The notes below the pieces were generated by a model that searched no databases, had not been told where the DNA came from, and saw nothing but the letters and a program-made list of their open reading frames with translations. From the NCBI RefSeq assembly GCF_009914755.1, contig NC_060931.1: a stretch of 64,000 bases of DNA, one strand, 5' to 3'. Positions 48,623-64,000 of this stretch are shown here, piece after piece. The position numbers and the translations under genes are program-made. Source of the stretch: the human T2T-CHM13v2.0 reference genome, Homo sapiens. Numbering within the stretch: the first letter of the stretch is position 1; every line of letters begins with the position of its first letter.

Positions 48623-51468
48623 AAGAATTTCATATTTTCCCTTAAGGATTGGACTTTAATGTTTGTTTTAGCCTAATTTGATTCTTGGTGCTTGTAGGGG
48701 TGAAGACACTGTATGAGTTCTCTAGTTATGGAGAGTCTTTGTGTGCTGGCTTTCCCTGATGCTGGTTGTAGTAGTTATGTTCTTGGTGTGTGGGCAGGTT
48801 CACTGTCTCCTATGGAGTTGGAATGACAGGGATCTCTTGGAGCTTATATTGTTCTCTCATGGTGTATGTTTTATTTATTTATTTAATTTTTTCTCAGTTT
48901 TTAATTTGCTGAGCTGATTCTGGCTTCAGGCCAATAGGGGAGGTATCCCTGGGTAAGCACTGGTTGTAGCTAAGGCAGGTAGATAGATGTAATATCTAAC
49001 AGTGGGCTGAGGTCCCAGCCTTGATGAGGGTAGCTGGGGAAGCTCTCAGTTAGATGTGCTGAGGTTTTATCAGGATGAAGAGTGGGAGCTACCTGAGCTC
49101 CCCTGCCAGGCCAGCAGGAAAGTTATTCCCCTCACAGCCTCACTTCTGTCCTAGTGTTTCGGCTATTCAGATGAGACAGGCACCTCTTTTTATGTATAGG
49201 AATGTTGATGTTCCAAGTAGGGAGGAGTTGTGTCTCTGTCTCTCGTGTAGGGTTGAATCTAGGGGGTGCTCTTCTTTTGGGGCTGAGCTTACCCTGGATT
49301 GTTCCACAAAGGCTGTCTATAGGTGCCTTGATGCTGCATTCCCGTGGGGAAGTCCAAGCTACGTCTGTAGTAGAGTGCCAGGGGAGAACAAGAACCCCTT
49401 CTTTAAGGCCCTTCCTGGTCACAGAGGCTGCCTGCCTATTGAGGTAGAGGTGCAGACTTTCCCTTCTGCACCCAGCACTGTACTTGTGACTCTGCTGTGA
49501 GAAACTTCTCACCAGCAGAAAGATCTGGAACTCAAGGCCTGCTTTTCAGATTCTTTTGTCTTATGGGGTGATTCTTTGATAGGGTGCTCTCCTCCTTCTC
49601 CTAGGAATGGGGTTTCCTGAGAGCTGGACTGCAGTGATCGTTATTACTCTTCTAGGTCTAGCCATCCAGTGGGGCTATCAGGCTCTGGACTAGTGCTAGG
49701 GAATGTCTGCAAAGAGTCCAAAGATGTGGCTAGTCTTCAGGTCTCCCAGCTGTGGATACCAGCACCTGCTCTGATGGAGGTGGCAGCGTAGTGATGTAGG
49801 CTGTGAGATTCCTTGGTTGTAGATAGGCTTAGTTTGCTGGCTTTCTCAAATGTTGGCTGTGTTAGCTGTGGAGTTGCCATGTGGACAGACTCAGGACATC
49901 TGGCTAGCCAGGCTGTTGCAGGCAGTGATGTTAGCTGTTGTTTTCTTCTTCCTGGGAGCAGTGTTATTCTGCCAAGAGTTGCTATAATGGCCTGAATTAG
50001 TTGGCCTCCAGCCGGGAGGTAGCACTTGCAAGAGAGCACCAGCTGCAGTAGTAGTATTGGGATTTGAGCTTGCCCTACATTGGCCAGGGGAAGTATTCTG
50101 GTTTCTCAGGTGATGGGTGAGGCCATGACGCTCCCAAGAGTTTATGTGTTTTGTGCCCACCAGACTGGGTAGAGAAATACCATCAGGTTGGGGCATGGTT
50201 AAGTGGGTCTGAGCTCAGACTCTCCTTGGGTGGGGCTTGTCACAGCCCTGTAGGGGATGGGAAGGTGGTTCTCAGATCAGTGGGGTTATGTTCCAGAAGA
50301 GTATGGCTGCCTCTGCTGTGCAGAAGAACTCACCAGGGGAGTGGGGATTAGCTGGTAGTGAAAGGCCTCACCCAACTCCCATGCAGTTGGCAAGGCCAGT
50401 CTCACTCCTGCAGTGCCCTGCTAACAGCCCCAAGTTAGATCCAGGCAGCCTGTGCACAGAATTCAGACCTGCCCCAGGTCATAATCTTCCCTGCTGGGAA
50501 AGCAAGCATGGTTTTTGAGCCCTGCCGCTCCCCGTCTACTGGTAATGCTGGGCACCCCACACTCACGTTCACATTTGCTGCAGTTTCCCTTCCCTCCCGG
50601 ATTCCATTCAAGGGGTTTGTGCCCACTCAAAATTATTACAAAATTCAGTTGGGAGTTTCTTTCACCCTGCGACCTCTCCCTAATTCTGCTGCCTGCCTTC
50701 CCTACAGGTCCCTGTGAGGTATAGTCAGGCATGGCTTCCTTGTTCTCGAGCTGAAGACTGGGAGTGCCCACAAGGCTCTTCCTGCTGCTGCTTCTATTTT
50801 TATTTTTGTGCCACTCCCTAAATCCATTCCAGCTCTAGGTAAGGTTAAACCATTCTCCTGTGATCTGGATTTTCAGATTCCCCAGTGGGGATGTATGTTC
50901 AGAGGTAGGTTCTCTCTCTCTCTCTCTCTCTTTTTTTTCTTTTTAGACAGAATCTCACTCTGTCACACAGGCTGGAGTGCTGTCGCCCAGGCTGCTGGAG
51001 TGCAGTGGCGTGATCTTGGCTCACTGCAACCTCTGCCTCCTGGGTTCAAGCGATTCTCCTATTTCAACCTCCCAAGTAGCTAGGATTACAGCGTCTGCCA
51101 CCGCGACCAGCTAATTTTTATATTTTTAGTAGAGATGGGGTTTCACCATGTTGGCCAGGCTGGTCTTGAACTCCTGACCTCAGGTGATCTCGCCTCAGCT
51201 TCCCAAAGTGCTGGGATTACAGGTGTGAGCCACCATGCCCAGCCAGTTCTCCCTCTCTCACACGTTGGGAACTCAGTTTTTCACATATTTCATGGAGTTT
51301 GCAGTGGTGTGCCACTTCTTTAAAAGGATCTGTGAATTCTTTCAGTTTTCCTGATACATTCCTGCATTGGTTCTAGGAACAAAAGTTCACAATCTGAATC
51401 TTCACGCACTATTCTGTCTGTCCAAATGGGAGAGGCATGCTAGTCCTGCCTCCTATCCACTATCTTGG
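47555..51468 (-). mobile_element. L1PB-type 5'UTR and ORF1 region (3'-truncated)
   Basis: 5' tip ccaagatagtggataggaggcaggactagc; ORF1-antisense text 47560-48480; (TG)n at 48590-48620. Confidence 0.78.
50911..51244 (-). mobile_element. AluSx-like with (TC)n tail
   Basis: Full dimer nested in L1PB. Confidence 0.9.
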
Positions 51469-51785
51469 ACTAAAGAAAGCCTTAATAAATTTAAAAGGAT
51501 TTAAATCATAAAAAGCATATCCTTTAGCCACTTTGGGATGCAATTAGAAATCAGTAAGGAAATTTAGAAAATTTACAGTTTTCATATGAAAATTAAACTA
51601 CATACTCCTAAATAATCAAAAGTCATAGATAGAAATAAGGCAAATTATAAAATAGTTTGTGATGAATGAAAACAAAAACATATCAAAACTTATGCAGCCA
51701 CAGCAGTGCATACAGAGAAAGCCTATGTTAAAAAGTAAGATCTCAATCAGTACCTAACCTTTCACCTCAAGAGACTAGAAAAATA

Positions 51786-58209
<6,424 letters not shown>

Positions 58210-58509
58210 AGAAACTAGAAAAATAAGAGCAAACTAAACTCAAAGTGAGCAGAAAGAAGAAAATAATAAGGATGAGAGAGGAAACACATGAAATAAAGAA
58301 TAAAAAAATAGAGATGAATCTGTAAAACCAAAAGTTGGTTGTTTGAAGACATCAGCAAAATTGGGAAAAGTTTAGCTAGACTAAGAAAAAAAAGACAAGA
58401 CCCTCCAATTATTAAAATGAAGAATGAAAGAAAGGGCTTATCTATAAACCTAAGTGATATATAAGGAATATTGATCTTCCAAATAGGGGGTATTGTGACT
58501 CTGAGTATA

Positions 58510-58912
58510 TAGTCTCTGCCAAATCTCATGTTGAATTGTAGTCCCCAATATTGGTGTGGTCTAGTGGGAGGTGATTGGATCATGGGGGCAGATTTCTTCT
58601 GCATGATATAGCACCATCCTCTGGGTGTTGTCCTCATGATTATGAGGGAGTTGTCACCAGATCTGGTTGTTTAAAAGTGTGTAGCACCTCTCCCTGCTCA
58701 TTGCTCCTGCTCCCACTATGTAAGATGCTGGCTCTACTCTCTGCCTTCTGCCATGATTGAAAGCTCCCTGAGGCTCCCCAAGAAGCCAAGCAGATGCGAG
58801 CACCATGCTTCCTGTGCAGCCTCCAGAACTGCAAGCCAATTAAATCTCTTTTCTTTATAAATTACCTAGTCTCAAGTATTTCTTTATAGCAATGCAAGTA
58901 CAGCCTAACACA
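58510..58912 (+). mobile_element. MSTA/MSTB solo LTR
   Basis: ccaaatctcatgttgaattgta...gtatttctttatagcaatgcaag...ctaacaca. Confidence 0.85.
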
Positions 58913-60231
58913 CTTATTGGGATAAGAAGGATAATGTGGGAATATTATGAACAATGGCATGCCAACAAAGTAGAGAACCTCGATGAAATGGACAAATTCC
59001 TAGAAAGGTTATATTCCTATAAAACTGATACAAGAAGTAGGAAATATAAAGAGACCTGTAACATGGAAAGAGAGGGAATAAGTAATTAGAAAATTCTTAC
59101 AAAGAAAAACACAGGCCAAGATGACTACATGGTGAATTCTACCAAACATGTAAAGAAGAGCTACTACTATTCCTTCACAAGCTCTTCTGAAAAACAGAAG
59201 AGGAGGAACACTTTCCAGCTCATCCTATAAGGCCAATATTACCCTGATACCAATGGTAGACAAATCGCGAGAAGAGGAAACTACAAAAATGTCTTATGAA
59301 TACAGGTGCAGAAATCCTTAACAGAATACTAGCAAACTGAATCTAGCAACATTTAAAAAGGAATATACACCATGAACATGTAGCATTTGTCTCAGGAATG
59401 CAAGGCTGGTTTAGTATTTGAAAACCAATCACTGTATTTACACTATATTAATGGAATAAAGACAAAAACCTATGATCATCTCAATAAATGCAGAAAATGC
59501 ACTTAAAATCCATCACCCTGTTATGATGGAAACACTCAACAAATGAAAAATAGCAAGGAACCCACAGCTAGCACTAAACAAACTAAAAATAGCCGAAGAA
59601 TTCATAGCTAACATTATACTTCATGGTAAAAAACTGGATGCTTGCCCATAAGATAAAGAACAAGAAAAGAATGTCCACTCCTGCCATTTCTATTCAACAT
59701 TGTAGTGTTGTTTCTATCCAGGGCAATTAGACAAGAAAAAGGAATAAATGGCATCCAGATTGGAAAGGAAGAAGTAAAACTGTTGCTATTTGCAGGTGAC
59801 ATGATCTTGTATATAGAAAATCTTAAGGAATACACAAAAAACTTTTGGAACTCATACGTTCAGCATGCTTGTAGTTTATAAAATCAGCATACAAAAATTC
59901 ATTTCTATAGAAATGCAACAATATGAAAGTGAACTAGAACAATATGAAAATGACATTTAAAAATTTGACTTATAATAGCATCAAAAAGGAAAAAGTGTAC
60001 GTATAAATTTGGCAAAAGAAGTATAAGACTTGCACATTAAAACTGCAAAACATGTTGAAATAAAGTAAAGAAGACCTAAATAAACTGAAAGAAATGTTAG
60101 TGGATTGGAAGATACTAGATGGCAATACTCTTCAATTATCTAGAGATCCAGTGCAGTCTCTATAAAAATCTCTGCTTCTGTTTTTACAGAAATTGGCAAG
60201 CGTATCCTAAAATTCATGTGGAAATTGAATG

Positions 60232-60802
60232 TGTAACTGAGTAGCTTAGATTGAAAATGCATTTTGAAACTTTTTTCCCCTTCTTTTCTAATCTCAGAAT
60301 ATAACCCTGTACTTTAAATGTAGCCTTGTACTTTAAAACTCTTAATTTCTCTCCCTTTTCCACCAGGCACTCTGTGCACAGTGCTCACTTATCTAATTAT
60401 GTGCTCACTTAGAAATTTCAGAGGCTAATTTTGAAACAAAGCAGGCATAGAGACACAGCTGTGGAATCCTCCCACTTAGGGGGAGTTATGAACGATTAGT
60501 CCACCACCACTGGGCGAAGTCAAGATGATGCAGTCTGGACCTTCAGACAAGCAATTACTTAAAATAGCCAAGATATGCAAACCTGTACCCTCCTGCACCA
60601 CTCCTGCATATTTTCCACACCAAGTTTTCCTTCTGAAACCCCCCTACTTATCCCAAAAGGCTGATATGGTTCCTCTGAGGCTTGAGCTTGGCCATTCTCC
60701 CATCTGCTAGCATGATCAAGAAAAGCTACTTTCCTTTTACCACAGCTTGCTTCTCCTGCTTTGACTTCTGAGCAGTGAGCAGCCAGACTTGAGTTGGTTA
60801 CA
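60232..60802 (+). mobile_element. ERV1-type solo LTR (family uncertain)
   Basis: tgtaactga...ttggttaca inverted termini; near-TSD aatg/agtg; interrupts L1M. Confidence 0.75.
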
Positions 60803-61689
60803 AGTGGACCTAGGATAGACAGAATGATATTGAAAAAGGATAACTAAGTAGGAGGAATAACACTTCTAATTTCAAAACTTACTGCAAAGCAAAGATAATT
60901 GAGACAGTGTGGTACTGGTATAAGGATAGACATATAGATCCATGGAATAGGATTGAGAGTTTCTGTGTCTATTTACATATATGTAAATAAACTCTTATAT
61001 ATCTGGTTAGCTGATTTTTGACAAAGGTACCAGTACAATTCAATAAGGAAAAAAGTCTTTTCAACAAATAGTGTTGGGACAACTGCATATCAACATGTAA
61101 AAGAATGAAGTTGAAATCCCATCTCACACTATAGGCAAAAATTAATTCAAAATGATTAGTAAACATAAATGTAAAGCTAATACTATGAAACTTTTAGAAG
61201 AATATATAGAGTCATAAATCTTTGTGACCTTGGGCTAGACAAAAGTTTTCTGGGAAATGATGGCCAAGGCACACAGAAGAAAAATCTGTACAGACAGAAA
61301 GTAGCTTGGTGATTGGGGATGGGAGAGAATAGAGGGAATGACTGCTAATGGGCATAGGATCTTTTTGTGTGTGTGTGTGAGATAGGAATGTTCTCTAGTT
61401 ATATAGTGGTGATCATTTCACAACTCTGAATAGACTAAAAGTCACTGAACTATTTATTTTTTTAAAAGGGCAAATTTTATGGTAAGTGACTTAGATTGTG
61501 AAAAGCTGTTATGTAAGGAAAAGTCATATGTATGTGTTATTTCAATAAATATTTGAGTGACTCCTGATTATCAGGCATCTATGTTGTTTCCTTATTTTCC
61601 ATTAATCCCACTGTGTGTGACTCACATGGAATCTTCTGGTTTGTGATTTTCAAGCCTAAATCTATGTAAGAGTCACCTGACTATCTTAT

Positions 61690-61800
61690 TAAAAATGCAG
61701 CTCCCTATTGTCTCTACCTAGAGATTCTGCCTCAGTACATCAGAGATAGGACTTGGGAATCTATATGTATAACAAGTACCTTAAGTATCTCTGATGTAGC
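61690..61800. mobile_element. MER5-like fragment
   Basis: aaaatgcag...agagattctg...gggaatct...taacaagtacc. Confidence 0.55.
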
Positions 61801-61803
61801 TAA

Positions 61804-61873
61804 CCCATTTATGCCAGAAGTTGCAAATGTTTTTTGTGAAAAACCAGATCTTGGTGATGACCTTGAGCTGTAG
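61804..61873 (-). mobile_element. Half of a MER85 piggyBac MITE
   Basis: cccatttatgcc TIR, gttgcaaa, cttggtgatgaccttgagc; cut off by LTR12. Confidence 0.8.
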
Positions 61874-62481
61874 TGTGTCCGGAATTGGTTCCTTCCGGTG
61901 GGTTCTTGCTCTTGCTGACTTCAAGAATGAAGCTGCAGACCCTCGTGGTGAGTGTTACAGTTCTTAAAGATGGTGTGTCTGGAGTTCCTTCAGATGTTCA
62001 GATGTGTCTGGAGTGTCTTCCTTCCGGTGGGTTCGTGGTCTTGCTTGACTTCAGGAGTGAAGCCACAGACCTTCGCAGTGAGTGTTACAGCTCTTAAAGG
62101 TAGTGCAGACCCAAAGAGTGGGCAGCAGCAAGATTTATTATGAAGAGCGAAAGAGCAAAGCTTCCACAGTGTGGAAGGGGACCCGAGTGAGTTGCTGCTG
62201 CTGGCTCCGGTGGCCAGCTTTTATTCCCTTATTTGGCCCTGCCCACATCCTGCTGATTGGTCCATTTTACAGAGCACTGATCGGTTCATTTTACAGAGTG
62301 CTGATTGGTCTGTTTTTACAGAGTGCTGATTGGAGCATTTACAAACCTTTAGCTAGACACAGAGTGCTGCTTGGTGCATTTTTACAGAGTGCTGGTTGGT
62401 GTGTTTACAAACCTTTAGCTAGACAGAAAAGTTCTCCAAGTCACCACTCAACCCAGGAAGTCCAGCTGGCTTCACCTCTTA
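61874..62481 (-). mobile_element. LTR12-family 3' LTR of ERV9
   Basis: Ends ccaattccggacaca on minus; tandem gctgattgg (CCAAT) repeats 62251-62400; polypurine tract agaagggggat adjacent. Confidence 0.93.
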
Positions 62482-64000
62482 ATCCCCCTTCTAAACAGGA
62501 CACCCCAACTGCTGTTGGGAATTGGGCGATGACTGCTCTAGCTACTTCCTAGTGGATGGGGCAAAGAAGGGGCCCTGCAGTTGTAGTGTCCTCCAGAGGG
62601 AAACTCTTTAAGCCAGTTAAAGGGCCAGTGGGTCGGTCCAGGGGTCCTCAGTAGAAGTTGTTAGTCGAGCTCATTTGGGGTTCCATTTGTAAGACCATCT
62701 GTAGCTTGATGGCCTCGATCCTAGAGGAAACAAATTTGACGAGGAGGTTAAAAATACAGGGCCCGAAGGCGAGTAATAGCAAGATGGCTGTCACAGGACC
62801 TAGAAAGGGGAAAAGCCATGTCGCCGAACTCCAGAGGTTGCTATAAGAGTTTGAAAAGCATTGTCTGATTTCAGAAGCCTTTTCCTGTAAACGCTGGGTG
62901 GCATCTCACACTATCCCTGACTGGTTAGTGTAAAAACAACAATCTTCCCCTAAGAAGGTGCAGAGTCCTCCTTTCTCAGCAGTGAGGAGGTCTAGGCCTC
63001 GGTGGTTTTGGAGAGTCACTGCTGCCAAAGAGTCTATTTGGGATTGTAGAGTAAGGATAGGTTTCATTGTTTCTTGCAAACTGTCTGAGAAATCATTTGA
63101 GAGTTTGTGGTAGTAGGATAATACATGTTACACAGTTAACTTTTAGCAAACTGTGCTTTTGTTGAAAACCTTGTAAGTTTGGGATTTCAATTATTCTTTG
63201 CTATTAATAAGTTCTCGTTCAGTCCATATTAACTTAGAATTGGTATAGATGGCTTCTTCCTGATTCTGTAAATACTTTTAAGGTTTGGCTGAGTGCAAAC
63301 AGCTCGCACATTTGAGCAGACCAATTATTAGGCAATTTTCCTAACTCTGCTTCTACAAGAGTTTCCTTATCACTTACTGAATACCCATTGTGTCTTTTTC
63401 CCTTAATCGCCTGGGAGGAAGCATCTATAGTCCTGTCCTGAAGACAGTTCCTCCTAGGTCTGGTTGGACCTTTGTATGGTAATTAATTAAGATTTAGATC
63501 CCCTGTTAGGAAACCTGCTAGGTTAAGGATTTTTGATAGGAAGGCTACAGGTTGTCAGTGGCCTCAGTGCTTTTGGGCTATGCCCTTGTTTACACTGACA
63601 ACAAGGTGGTATTGGAGTGTTATAGGGTCACAGAGAAGACCTTCAATTATGAATTACAGGTTTTAAGTTTACCCTGGCTGTCAAAGGAATACGGTACACT
63701 GTTTTTTCTTTACTACTTCCATCTTTGTTTCTCTTTGACTTCTTTATCTCTCTCTGACTCCCCTTTGTCTGTCTCTTCCTCTGTCTTTGACTTTCTGTCT
63801 CTCTCTTTCTCTCTCTCTGACTCCCTCTTTGTCTCTTCCTCTCTCTCTCTCCTTCTGTCTTTGACTTTCTGTCTGTCTGTCTCTTCCTCTCTCTTTTTTC
63901 CTCCTTTGTCTCTGTCTCTTCCTCTTTCTCTCTTTCTGTCTCTTTCTGTCTTTCCTTTCTGCTGGTCTTTCCCAGCCTCTGCCAGCCACTTATGCTGCTG
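62482..64000 (-). mobile_element. HERV9 internal sequence with env TM remnant (~62550-63120) and GA-rich tract (63720-63960)
   Basis: Minus translation [26 protein letters not shown] (immunosuppressive domain, CX6CC) and TM LLLLAFGPCIFNLLVKF; in-frame TGA stops. Confidence 0.9.

Noticed and set aside
62251-62420. CRISPR-like spaced repeats
   Set aside because: These are the normal LTR12 CCAAT tandem units; no unique spacers, eukaryotic DNA
62550-63120. Syncytin-like functional env
   Set aside because: Only a TM remnant, with in-frame TGA stops and no SU region or start
63744-63989. R/E/K-rich ORF
   Set aside because: GA-rich low-complexity tract within the ERV9 internal region

Overview
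Human/primate genomic DNA, overwhelmingly interspersed repeats (L1, Alu, THE1/MST, ERV1 LTRs, L2/MIR, DNA transposon fossils). The only supportable protein-coding sequence is the last two exons of STK31 (testis Tudor/kinase-like protein) on the + strand: a 69-nt exon at 22350-22418 and the terminal exon from 39365 (stop at 39595, AATAAA at 39720). A full-length processed TPT1 pseudogene lies antisense in the upstream intron. Two near full-length but ORF-disrupted L1PA elements (29817-35957 minus, 51786-58209 plus), two THE1 proviruses and the 3' end of an ERV9/LTR12 provirus are present. I see no evidence of a new multi-gene system. The best leads are transposon-gene interfaces: an intronic L1 antisense promoter/ORF0 frame that is splice-phase-compatible with the STK31 last exon, an in-frame alternative acceptor, a THE1 right behind the poly(A) site, and several locally templated duplications. 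Repeat subfamily names and boundaries are by-eye calls from remembered consensus sequences, not database results.
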